NCBI GenBank assembly: GCA_000004695.1
Contig: CM000150.2
Location: 1,152,001-1,216,000, forward strand
Direction of reading: 5' to 3'
Length of the DNA stretch: 64,000 nucleotides
Source of the DNA: Dictyostelium discoideum
Taxonomy: Eukaryota
The translations under genes and the position numbers were made by a program. Of this stretch, positions 27,795 through 50,710 are shown in pieces. Numbering within the stretch: position 1 is the stretch's first letter; each line of letters starts with the position of its first letter. The notes below the pieces were generated by a model that worked only from the letters and a program-made list of their open reading frames with translations, searched no databases and was not told where the DNA came from.

Positions 27795-29659
27795 CTTCAA
27801 TACATACACAATATAGTGATACAGAATTAGCAGATATTCAAGTTGTAAGACCAGGAATTTATCCAAAACATGTAGAGATTATTTATGATAAAGAGAAAAA
27901 GAAATTCTATTTAAATCCATTAATTGATCCAAAAGATTCTGATAATGTTAGACTTAATTTCGTACCATTCCTTCATAAGAAAGAAGTACTTGGTAATGGT
28001 GATATAATATCCATTGGTTTTAGATCAATTAAAATGGAATTCATTGAAAAAGTTACAGTCGATCAATTGGTTCAACCTGAAAAACAATATATCCCTTCAA
28101 ATACTCCAACATGTATTACTAATACTCCAATTCAAACTCCACCAACTACCTCGCCACCTTCTTCAACAACTACAAATAAAAAAGATAATACTTCAACCAA
28201 TGTAACCAAAAAGCCAATCGCTACAGTACCATCTACCACTACATCTACTAAGAAATCATCTGTTGTTCCAGAATCTAAGCCAGCAACTAAAACTATCACC
28301 AAAGAAACACCAAAACCAACAAAAACAACAACAACAACAACTGTTACTACATCAAAACCAACAGTTAAACCAACAGCAGTTAAAAAGAGTATTAATGATG
28401 ATGATTATGGAGATGATTATAATGAAGAAGAAGATGATGATGATGAGGAAGAAGAGGAAGAGGAAGAGGAAGAGGAAGAAGAAGAAGAGGTAGAATCAAA
28501 ACAAATTAAAGTAGTAAATTCAAAACCAAATGATGATGATATGTCATGTAAAAAACCTATGAAATATACAAACACAAATGAAGAGATGAGAAAGAGTTTA
28601 GCTAGCAATGTAGGTGGAATTAACTCAAAGATTATTAGTAAAGGTGATAGTGTTAGAAATCTATTACCAATATCAAGTAGAAGACCAACTGCACCAGTAA
28701 CACCAACAAAACCAACTTCAACAAAAAAAGTAACAACACCAAAGAAAGCAACAGTAGTAAAACCACCAAAAGAATCAAAAGTACCAAAAGTACCAAAAGT
28801 ACCAAAGGTACCAAAGGCAGCCGTAGTAGCTTCAATTGATGAAAATGGAAAAGAAGATTATATTAGATTGATTTCATTTAAAAAAGCAAAAGATATCGTT
28901 AAAGCATTCCAAAGTCATGAGAAATTGGTTAAAAGTAAGAATAATGGACATGGTAATATTTCAAATGAAAAGAAGGAGATATTAAAATGTTTTGAAGTTT
29001 TAGATCAAATCAATTGGAGATTATCAACTGATAAACCTGGTGATTCAAGACCAATTTCAAGTTATTTCAAAAATATTCCAAGTTTATCTGAATTTGATTC
29101 TGAACTCTTAACGGATTATTACTCAATGATTTCAGAACCAATGTCCATAAATTCAATACTCTCTTCAGTAATTTATACAGCAGATTATAACATCGATAAT
29201 TGTTTAGATGATTTTAATCAAGTCTTGGAGAATTCAATGACCTACAATTCTGAAAATTCTATCATCTATTGGTTAGCTCATTATTGTAAAATAGAATTAT
29301 ATAAAGCACTCTCCAATTCAGGTATAATTCAAAATAAATTATATTTAGATATTAAAAAAGATTCTGAAACTTTCCTTAAATCAATTGGTACTCAATTAAA
29401 AGGTGATGGTATTTCTTTGCCTCAAATAATTGCTCAATCTGTTTCAAAAAATAAAGAACAAACTGTACCACAGGAAGAAGATGAGGAAGAGGAAGAAGAG
29501 GAAGAAGAGGAAGAAGAGGAGGAAGAAGAAGGGGAAGAAGGTAAAGAAGATGAAGAGGAGGAAGAAAAAGAAGAAGAGGAAGGGGAAGAAAATGAAGAAG
29601 AAGAAGATGTTGAAATTGATGATTGTGAAATAGATCAAGAATCTGATGATGATCAATAA
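27370..29659 (+). CDS. FHA domain + bromodomain nuclear protein, 2 exons, 729 aa
   Basis: Exons 27370..27716 (donor gtatgt) and 27817..29659. FHA-like: KTKLIIGS|DTELADIQVVRPGIYPKHVEIIYDKEKKKFYLNPL...NGDIISIG. Bromodomain-like: FKNIPSLSEFDSELLTDYYSMISEPMSINSILSSVIYTADYNIDNCLDDFNQVLENSMTYNSENSIIYWLAHY. Plus an NLS KKRK, T/P/K-rich linkers and (E)n tails. Confidence 0.7.
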
Positions 29660-30042
29660 AAGCAGCAAATAATATATTTTAGCTATTATTAATATTTTCA
29701 TTTTTTTTATAACAGGAAAAAAAAAAAAAATAATGATGGATAATAAAATTTAAATTCATATGTAAAAAAAAAAAGATTAGATTAAAAATAAAAGTAAAAA
29801 ATGAAAAATAAAAAAAAAAAAAAAAAAAAAAAAATAAATTTCGATACATTGTCACATAAAAAAAAAGAAAAAAAATTTTGTACTATTTTTTTAAAACCAC
29901 CAATTCAAACACACACACACACACACTCCACCATTATAGTAATTGTTATTATAATTGATCCTATTTTTATTATTACTATAATTAAAAGATTAAGGATAAT
30001 TATAAAAAAAAAAAAGAACTTAATAATAATAAAAGGAGTAAA

Positions 30043-30083
<41 letters not shown>

Positions 30084-30085
<2 letters not shown>

Positions 30086-32169
30086 GGCATCAACAGCAAA
30101 ACCAAATATTGGAATTCTAATAGCAACTCAATTAGTTTCAGTTATTGGTGATTCTTTTGGTCAAAGATGTAAAAATTTATTAAATATTTTAAATTTTTAA
30201 TTCCGATATTGTTAATAATTAATTATTAATTATTAATATAATTAATTTTTTTATTTTTATTTTTTTAATTTTTTTATTTTTATTTTTTTATTTTTTTTTA
30301 TTATTTAAAAAATAATGATAATTAATTTAGGTAGTCGTGTAAATTATAAACATTCTACACGTCATATGATGATTGGGTTATGTTTAATGACAGCAGTTCA
30401 AATGTTTATTATTATGGGTATATTACAATTATCATTACCAACATCAATTACAGGTGCGATCTATATTAATAATGCTAAAGTTGATTGTTATAAAGAATTG
30501 GATATTGAGGGTAAAATTATGGATTGTACACCTTTGAATTGTACTATCATACCTTGTAAATCACAAGGTCCATTTTCAATTTTTAGATCAATTTCTTTAC
30601 ATCCTTTCCTATTAACTAATGGTTTAATGAATATTAGTATGTAAAATATTTAGAGAAATATATAATTATTATTAATTATTAATATTCTTGTAAAAAAAAA
30701 AAAAAAAAATCAATAGTTTATTATAATGGTGAAGTATTTTTATATAAAGAACCATTAGGTTTATTATTTTTAGTTATATCAGCTTTATCATCAACTTTTT
30801 TAATCAATCCATTGAATATTATTTTTGGTGAACCAATAAATCAACCAATACCATTTTTAATGTATGTATATATAAATAACAGATTGGTTAATATTAATAT
30901 TAATAATAATAATAATAATAAATAATTATAGTTATCTTTTTGGTATAGGTGGTTCAATTTTATCAGTTATTGAATTTACACCTAAAAAGAAGAAAATAGA
31001 AATAGAAGAGGAAGAAGAGAAAAAGAAACTTTTAGATAATAATAATAATAATATTAATAATGGTTTAGGTGGTGCTGATAAACAGCCACTATTATTAAAT
31101 AATGATGATAAAGATATTGAATTTTTAGATGAAAGCTATAATGAAGGTGCAGTATCTTCAAATACTCATTTTAGAAATAAGCAAAAAGTGCAATCAATTG
31201 AAAATATTGATGATTCATCCTCTTCTCAATCATCAAATAATAATAATAATAATAATAACCAAAATACAGAAATTGAAGAAAAAGAGATATCACACCAACA
31301 ACAACAACAACAACATGTAATAATTGAAAATAGTATTAATAACAATTCTGAAACAAGTGTAAATAGTAATGAAAAAAGTAAAGGAATTGAAATTGGTAAA
31401 ATTATAATTCGTGCTATTAAAATATTCATTCCACTTGTAATGTTGGCAATTGCCAATGCACTTTGGATGGAAACAAGTCTTTTCTATAATGGTAATTGTT
31501 CTTTTTATTTTTATTTTTTTTTTTATTTAATTTAATTTAATTTTATTAAATATAATATATTAATATTTTTATTTATTTTATTTTATTTCATTTATTTGTT
31601 TTAATTAGATCAATTTAGAACCAATGCATTTGGATATAATTCATTAGATCAAACTTTATTACCATTTTATTTATTCCCATTTATGATATTGATTGATTTT
31701 GTGAAACCATTGAAAAGAACATTTTTAAATGATAGTGATCAAAATGAATCATTGGTTCAAGCTGTAAAATCAACTTGGAAAGAATCAAATTTATTAACTT
31801 TATTCATTTATAGACTTTTAATTAATGGTAGAGCAATTGTATGTATTAAATTATTTTATTTTATTTTATTTTGTTTTTTAAAATTTAATGATTTGTATTA
31901 ATTAATTTGATTTATTTGATTTTATTTGGTTTATTTAGATGTATTTTTATTTAGCAATTGAATATGATTTAACTATGGTTTATTTAGAATCAACATTAGT
32001 TAGAGTAGTTATGAATTGGTTAGGTGCAATAGTATTAAATTTATTATTACCAAAATGGATTAATGCGACACCTGAAGAAAGAAAGAAAACTTTCCATCCA
32101 ATTAATTTAATCTTAAAATGTGTTGGTACTGCTGGTGTTGTTGCTAGTTTAATCATTTTAAATAAATAA
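30084..32169 (+). CDS. multi-pass membrane protein, candidate CRT-like (chloroquine-resistance-transporter-like, DMT superfamily), 6 exons, 518 aa
   Basis: Exons 30084..30168, 30331..30636, 30717..30861, 30932..31491, 31609..31838, 31939..32169; total 1557 nt, all GT..AG. At least 8 hydrophobic helices. A Cys-rich loop (DCYKELDIEGKIMDCTPLNCTIIPCKSQGPF) and IYLFGIGGSILSV resemble the PfCRT loop-7 and TM10 region (FGYLFGSIIY). Family assignment is weak. Confidence 0.45.
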
Positions 32170-32171
32170 AA

Positions 32172-32208
<37 letters not shown>

Positions 32209-32693
32209 CTGGAATTCCAGTTTTTAAAATTTCATTTTATAAATATATCTTATTTTTTTATTAGTTTGTTTTATTTTATTTTATATTATTTTATTTTTGG
32301 GGAAGATGAGTAATTTTTTAATATCTAGATATTTCCTTGTTTAAAAATTTTTTTTTTTTTAAAAATAAAAAAAAAAAAAAAAAAAAAAAATTTATATTTA
32401 TTCATATTCAATTGAAACAATGAAAAAAAAAAAAGATTTCTCTCTTTTGGAATAAGATAATTATTAAATTATTAAATTTCTTTTGTGTTTTTTTTTTAAA
32501 AAAAAAAAATTTTATTTTTTATTTTTTATTTTTTTTTTTTAATTTTATTTTTTATTTTTTATTTTTTTTTTTTTTGTTTTTCTTTTTTATTTTTCAAAAA
32601 CTGGGTGGTGGTGTTTAATTATTTTTTAATTAATCTCAATTCCATCAATATAAAATACAATATACAAATACAATATAACTAAATATTTATGAG

Positions 32694-35746
<3,053 letters not shown>

Positions 35747-35971
35747 AATAAAAATAAAAATAATAATTTATAATATTAAAATAATAATAATTTATTTAAT
35801 TTTTGGAGGTTTAGATATCTTCTATGGTTGTTGTATTTTATCTATTTAATGATTGATAATTAAGTGACGATTGGTACCCTCTCTCTCCCCCTTTTCAAAT
35901 TCTAAATATTTTCTAATTTAAAAATTAAAAATTTAATTTATTTATATAATTTATTTAAATTTTTTATTTAT

Positions 35972-36688
35972 TTAGTTAAATTTTAATTTTAAAATTTGAT
36001 CATGATTAAAATCTATACGTGTCATTAAAATTTTTTGAACTTCAGAAGAAGATAATTTCCAAGTTGGTGAATTACGATTTTCATTCCAATGATCTTCGAC
36101 TTCAGAGATTGATTCTAAAATTAAAAATGAAGAGATTTGATTAAGTTTACTAAATTTATCACGAATTGTAGATTGAGAGATTTTAGTGAAATAAGTTGAT
36201 ATGGCTCTAAGATCTTTACCAAATTGTAAACCACCTAAAAGTGTAAACTTTTTTTGTTGAATAGTTATACCTTCAATCTTTTTCAAAATGAATTGAATAG
36301 TTTGATGTACTAGGTAATCATAGTTTGTATTTGAGAGATGCTCTTGAAATGGTTTAAAGAAATGTGATATCTCCAATGTAAATTGTAAAACGAATGGATC
36401 GTTTATATCATTGTTATCATATTCCAATTGATTAATTTCATAATTTACTAAAGTGAATTGATTCAATACATTCTTTAATCTTGGTTGTACACTCTTAAAT
36501 AATGATTCAATCTCTTCTTGTAAAATTTTATTAAATGATTTTGAACAATTTAAAAATTCATTACTAAGTATATTAACCTGATCTCTATCATTTTCTTGTT
36601 TCTTTTTTAATTCTAAATTTAATAAATTCCTTATAATAATAATATCATCTTTTAAATTTGATTCAAATTCATTTTCTTGTTGTTGCTC

Positions 36689-36771
<83 letters not shown>

Positions 36772-38807
36772 CAATAGATGTTGATGATGTTGATGATGAT
36801 TCTAAATCTTTTGATTTTTCATCCAATTTATAAATTGGATAAATCTTTAAACATTTTGAATCAAATTCTTTTTTTAATCTAATTATATATTCTGAGCTTG
36901 TTTCTAAATTATTTAAAACTTGTAATGAACTTTGATAATCCATTACAGATTTTGAAGAGGATCTTATTATATACTCTCTAAATATTCTCTTTAGATTATC
37001 TCTAGTTTGTGATAAAATTCTACAAAGTCTATTACAAATTACATTTAATGTTTGAATACTATGTGAATCAATTGCTCTTTGTAATGATTTTTGTAATACA
37101 AAAAATATAAAATCAATCATTGTATTATCAGTTGATTGTTGAGATTGTTGTGAATTTGATGAAGATAATGTATTACTACCACCAATACCACTACCACTAA
37201 CACTACTACTATTACTATTACTACTATTTATATTATTTTCAAAATCTAAAGATTGTAAAGAATCCATTTGAATTGCTTTATTTACACTTTCAACCATAAA
37301 GTATTCTTCCAATAATATATAATTACCAAGTAATTGATTCATTTTTTGTTTTGTTACATTTGAATAAATAGTTTGTTTCATTTGTTTGTCTTTTTCTTGA
37401 GTTAATTTTTTTAATAGTTCATTTTCTTTATTTTCTTGAGTTTGTAATTGTTGTTGATATTGTTGTTGTTGTTGTAATTGTTGTGGTTGTGGTAGTTGTT
37501 GTAATTGTTGATTTCTTGAATTTGTAATTATTAAAGATTTAATTGAATTTAATTTTTCAATTTTTTCTTTTTCTAATTTACTATAATATTGATAAATATC
37601 AGATTTAATTAAATGTTCTTTTCTAATTAAATATTTTTCATAAAATTTAGTAGCTTTACTAATCATTGAAGTTTCATCTAAAAATTGAGCGAAATTACGT
37701 GGATCAATTTTCTCTGAAACTTTACCACCGCCTCCACCACTACCACTACCACTATCTTGAATTGATTGTTGTGATTTCTCTAATTGTTGTTTATATACTA
37801 AAATATCATTTACATTTTTATTAGTTTGGAATTGATCGTTGAAAGAATCATAAACTTTTGAAGAATAATAATCACATTGTTGAGTGATGTTTAATATGAA
37901 ATGAGGACAATGTAATACACCAAATTCTGATTTTATAATTGGTAGATCATCTTCAATGATTGCTGCGAAATGTTCGAAAATCTTTGTAATCACTGAAACT
38001 GCTGAAATCGGTTTAATGGTTTTTGGTGATTGAATATAGTTTCTATAATGAGTTATCATTGCATCCAATTTCTTTGACTGATTCTTTAGATAATTGCAAT
38101 ACTTGTCAATACCTTCCAATGGTTTCTCCAATGGTACATAAAGTATACAAAATCTTAAAACTTGTTTTTGGTCATTATCTTGAAGTGATTGTTGATATTT
38201 AGATTCTATCATTGATAATAACTTCTTCTCTGCAATTGATAATTTCTCTGATGAATTATCCTCCAATACTGATTTATCAATTGATAGATATCTATTGATA
38301 TGAAATGCTGCACCTTCATAATCCTCTTTCTCTATTGATATTTGCACTCCCTCTATACAATTCTTTAAATCAATTATATCATCAACTTTCTTTAATGTAT
38401 CTTTTATTCTCTCTCTAATATTATCTAATTTCTTTACTTTTGATGATAAATTCTCTGCTAATTGACATGTACTACTAATTCTATTATTTAATTCATTTGA
38501 TTTCTTTAATGATAATGTTAAATATTCTCTAATAAAATATTTTAATATTAAAAAAAAAAAAAGAGAATTCAGTAAATAATTGTAAAAAAAAAAAAATAAA
38601 AAAAAAAAAAATAAAAAAAAATACATACGGAATTTCATTATCAAAACTTTCCATTTGAATTTCTAAATCATCCTTTAATTTTATATGCTGTTTTAAATTA
38701 ATTTCAATAGCTTTATCTCTTGATATTAAATTTTGTAAATATTTTTTAGCATCATCAATTGATAAATTACTATCTAAATTATTAAAATCTACTATTAATT
38801 CATCCAT
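35972..38807 (-). CDS. cog4: conserved oligomeric Golgi complex subunit 4 (COG4), 2 exons, 911 aa
   Basis: Exons 38629..38807 (donor gtatgt) and 35972..38528. TCQLAENLSSKVKKLDNIRERIKDTLKKVDDIIDLKNCIEGVQISIEKEDYEGAAFHINRYLSIDKSVLE aligns almost residue for residue with human COG4 TCNLAENVSSKVRQLD...[42 protein letters not shown]. The C-terminus GGLQFGKDLRAISTYF...SPTWKLSSSEVQKILMTRIDF is also COG4-like. Confidence 0.85.
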
Positions 38808-38923
38808 TTTTAATTTTTTTAGGGGGTGTGTGATTGTGAGTGGTGTGAAATGGAATTAACACATCATTGAAAAAAAAAAAATAAAAAAAAATAAAAATAA
38901 AAATCAAGCTTGTTGGTCAATAC

Positions 38924-38966
<43 letters not shown>

Positions 38967-39280
38967 TGAAAATTAAAAAAATAAAAATTGAAAAAAAAAA
39001 ACCAATCTTCATTAAAAAAAAAAAAAATACAAATTGATTCTTCATTAAATAAATTTTTGGATTTCATTCAACATGGACCATTTATTTTTTTATTTTTTTA
39101 TTTTTTTTTCATTTTTACATATTTTGTCTTATGAAAGCCCTTACAAAATTTTGTAAGCTGAGATCAACTATTTAATAAAAAAAAAAAATTCTGATTTGAC
39201 CGTTTACAAAAAAAAAAAAAAAATAAAAAAAATAAAAAAAAAAAAATGAAAAAAACCATTGTTTTTTTTTTTTTATTTTT

Positions 39281-39311
<31 letters not shown>

Positions 39312-39799
39312 GTAATTGTTGTAAATTTTATTTTCCTCTGTGATTATTTTTAGGAGTTCAAAAAATTTTAATTTTATTATTTTTTTATTTTTTTATTTTT
39401 TTTTTTTAAAAATTATAATCACCATAGAAATTTTGGGAAAGAGGGAATTAAACACAATCAATCACACCTGTACATATTAATATTTTTTTTTTTTTAAAAG
39501 TTTTTTTTTTTTTCTTTTTTTTTTTTTTATAGTGTAAATATATTTATTTATTTGTACATATATCATAATCATAAATTTCAAAATAGCAATCAATTTAAAA
39601 TAATAAAAAATAAAAATAAAAAAATTAAAACAAAAATAAAAACAAAAATAAAAATTTTTTAATTTAAAAAAAAAAAAAAAAAAAAAAACTGATTTTCTAT
39701 TTATAAAAAAAAAAACAAAAAAAAAAAAAAAAACCCAGACAGTATTTGTAATAAAATCAATATATTAAAAAAAAAAAAAAAAAAAAAAATCATACTAAA

Positions 39800-46906
<7,107 letters not shown>

Positions 46907-47076
46907 AAAAAAAGAAAAAATTTTAAAAAAAAAAATTAAAATAATAATAATAATAAATTTGATAAATTTCATTTTTATCAATTTCTCTCTCTATTATTTT
47001 TAACTTTGTGAAAAAAAAAAAATAATAATAATAATAATAATTTCTTTTTTTTTAAAAATTTTTTTTTTTTTTATTT

Positions 47077-47454
47077 TTATCTTTTCCATGTTTTTGGGTC
47101 TTCATTAAAATAATTTCTAATTGAATTTATTGGTTGACCTTTTAAAGTTTCTTCAAATCCTTGACTAATGTAATAACCTAAAACATCTAATTTTTCAACA
47201 TTTGGAAAACCAATACCATTTTCTTTATCAAGTGGTATTATATTTTCAAATATTTTAATATCAAATTCTAATTCTCGAATTGTATCTTTTAATTTTTTAA
47301 TTATCATTTCACGACATTTGTTTGTGCAATTTGGTCCTAATTTCATTTCTTTCCAATTATATAACATCTCACTCTCTATTATTGATGATACGGTTTTTAT
47401 TGTATGTTGTTTACATTGTATTTCATCCTTAAATCCATTATTTAAATCTGTCAT
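47077..47454 (-). CDS. hypothetical small protein (125 aa from MTDLNNGF...)
   Basis: The ORF 47077..47556 begins in an A/T-rich leader; the first plausible Met is at 47454. No family recognised. Complexity is moderate and a divergent promoter is shared with the 47961 gene. Confidence 0.4.
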   Translation of the reverse strand: MTDLNNGFKDEIQCKQHTIKTVSSIIESEMLYNWKEMKLGPNCTNKCREMIIKKLKDTIRELEFDIKIFENIIPLDKENGIGFPNVEKLDVLGYYISQGFEETLKGQPINSIRNYFNEDPKTWKR

Positions 47455-47456
47455 TT

Positions 47457-47489
<33 letters not shown>

Positions 47490-47565
47490 GGTTTTTTAAA
47501 TTTAAAAATAAAAACTTTATTAATTTAATTTTGTTTAAAAAAAATAAAAAAACCACCCCTTTTAT

Positions 47566-47609
<44 letters not shown>

Positions 47610-47960
47610 CCTTAATCGATGTTCACCCCATTTTTATATAGGAATTTAATATATATTTTTTTAAGTTTTAGTCCAAAATCCAATACGTAATCCAAACTTT
47701 TAACACAACAAAATTTTGTATAAATAGATGTAATTATTTAAAAAAAAAAACAAAAATAACATAAAAAAAAAAAAATAACAATATTTCAAATTAAAAATAA
47801 ATATAATTATTAATTTAACCTATATTTATTTATTTCTTTATATATTTAGCTATTGGTTTTTTTATTTATTCATTTGTATACTTATTTATTTATTTATTTA
47901 TATAAAATTTATTTAAAAAAAAAAAAAAAAAAAAAAATATTATTTATATATTCCATAAAA

Positions 47961-48073
47961 ATGAAAAAAGTAATTACACTTTTAGCTTTAATGGCTGCAG
48001 CTCAAATTTATGCCCAAGGTCAAGGTAATTTATAAAATTTTATTATTAAATAATATAAAAATAGTACCAACAC

Positions 48074-48105
<32 letters not shown>

Positions 48106-49386
48106 ATTGTAGAATGTATAAATTTATCAGAGAATGAATGTCATAGAAATTCTTCATGTGTACCAGTTAATTTTAAAAAATGTTGTGGTGATCAACAATT
48201 TGCATGTTATGAAGGCGATTTTAATAGTTGCCACTATATTACCAAATGTTATAAATCATCCAAGAGTCTAGATGTTATTGAATCAACCAATGAATGTTAT
48301 ATTCCACCAGCAGGTTATGAATTATTCGAGCCAGTTTCATCATGTACAAATGATGAATTAAAACATTGTTCAGATCAAGGTAAACAATGTATTTTCAAGA
48401 GAAATGATTGTCCAAATCCAACATCGTGTTGTCCAGGTCATGGTGTTTGTGAAGATTTTAATAGAAGTGAAAGCGGTAGTGGAAATAAGGAACAAATTTC
48501 AACTACTGGAAATACTGGACCTCAAACTAGAGGATTTACAATTTCAGGTACAGGTGGTACAGGATCAGTTCCAATTGATGCATGTACAAATGTTCTCTGT
48601 CAACAAGGTGAGCATTGTGAAGTTGACCAAGATGGAAGAGCACATTGCTATGTTAATATTGAATCAATTGGTACACTTCCATTAGGTTGTTTAAATGTTG
48701 TTTGTCAACCACACCAACATTGTGAAATTGATAAAGAATCAGGTTTAGCTCATTGTGTATTAGATATTAATCCAATAGGATTCACTACAATTGATGCATC
48801 TTCAACAGTTGCTGGATCATCTTCAACAACTGGTGGTAGTGGTGGTACAGGTTCAAATGATATTTGTTCAAATGTGCATTGTCCAGATAATTATCATTGT
48901 GAAATGAGACAAGATGGAAAAGCACAATGTGTAGCTGACATAAATGCAATTGGCTTCACCACAAGTGGTGCCAGTACTAATGGTTTAATTCCACCAGCAT
49001 CAACTGGTTGGAGTGATGTTTGTTCAAATGTAATTTGTCCACCAGGTTATTATTGTCAAAAGAATGAACAAACTGGTAAAGCAGATTGTTTAAATTATTC
49101 CTCATCAACCACTGGTGGGGGTACAGGTTCAACAACAGGTTCCATTGATGTTTGTTCAAATGTAATTTGTCCACCATATTTCCATTGTGAAAAGAATGAT
49201 AAAGGTTGGGCCCAATGCGCTGCTGATATCAATGCTATAGGTTTCTCAACTTCAAGTACTAATGGACTTGTTTCAACCACTGGTTCAAATGATGTTTGCC
49301 AAAATGTTCATTGTCCACAATTTTTCAAATGTGAAAAGAATGAAAATGGTTTGGGTGAATGTGTATCAACACTTATTCCATTGTAA
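47961..49386 (+). CDS. secreted cysteine-rich repeat protein, 2 exons, 445 aa
   Basis: Exons 47961..48024 (donor gtaatt) and 48113..49386. Signal peptide MKKVITLLALMAAAQIYAQGQG. N-terminal Cys-rich region, then six ~35-aa modules D-x-C-x-N-V-x-C-P-x4-C-E-x5-7-A-x-C-x-A-D-I-N-A-I-G-F, separated by T/G/S-rich linkers (likely O-glycosylated). Confidence 0.65.
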
Positions 49387-49671
49387 AAAAAACAATATTT
49401 ATTAAAATAAATTATTGATGGAAACATTCAGGTTTGGCATCAAAAAAAAAAAAAAAAAAAAAATTAAATGAATTTTTTATTCAAATAAAAAAACAAAAAA
49501 TACATAAAATGAAAGTAATCATACTGGTTTTTTTTTTTTTTTTTTTTTTTGGTATAGTTTATTTTTAGAATTTAATTGTTTATCATTCATTTTTGTAATG
49601 GTTTTTTTATTAAAAAGAAAAACCAGTGGGGAATATATTTAATATAAAAAATGGATTTAAAAAAAAAAAAA

Positions 49672-49709
<38 letters not shown>

Positions 49710-50710
49710 TAGTTTTTTTTTTTTAATTAAATAAAAAAAAAGATAGTTTTTTTTTTTTTAAAAAAATAAAAAAAAATTGATACACTTTTTAGAAATAATT
49801 TCACATAGAATCATTCAATTATCAATAAATTATTGCTTCTTTTATTTAATAAAAATAAAGTAATTAATAACGAACTGAAAAAATAAAAAAAAATAAAAAA
49901 AAAAAATAAAAAAAAATAAAAATAAAAAAATAAAATTTCAAAAACAAATTCAGTGAAAATATCTAGTTTTTTACAAATAAGATCATTTTTATAAAAAAAA
50001 AAATTAATTTAAAAAACTAATAATTTTAAAAAAATAAATATAAATTTTAAAAATTAATAAATAAATAATTAAACAAATTTGACAATTTTTTTATGGTGGG
50101 AAATCAATTCTGGTCAAAATTAAATTCCATCAAAAAAAAAAAAAAAGAAAAAATAATTAAAATTGATGATGAAGAAAAGCGATCAAAAGCTTGAAAATTT
50201 CAAAAAAAAAAAAAAAAAAAAAAAAAAAAGATCTTTTTTAATAATTGAAAAATTTTATTTTTTTATTTTTTTTTTATTTTTTTTTTTTTCTGGTATTATC
50301 ATAAACCAAACCCCTTTTTATTGATTTTTTTTTTTTTTTTTTTTCTTAAGCTTTTTTTTTTTATTTTTCTATTTTTTTTTTTTTCTTCATATTTTTTTTC
50401 ATTTTAACACAATCACAATTGTATATATATATATAAAAAAAAAAAAAAAATAAACAAATAAATAATTATTTTAATTTTTTTTTTTTTTTTTTTTTGTACA
50501 TTCTTTTTCCACTTTTAATTAATTTTATTTATTTTTAATTTTTTTAAAATAAAAATTTTTAAAAATTTAAAAATTAAAAAAATAAACAAATAAATATTAA
50601 TATCTCACACACACTCACACAAGATAATTTATATAACTTAAACAAAACTTTTTTTTTTTAAAGAATATTAGAAATTATAACAATAGTAGTAAAAATATAA
50701 AAAAAACAAA

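Noticed and set aside
30080-30168. An alternative donor for CRT-like exon 2 (GTAAAA at 30641, which would include the ATG-TAA).
   Set aside because: It gives an in-frame stop. Only the GTATGT donor at 30637 keeps the frame into exon 3.
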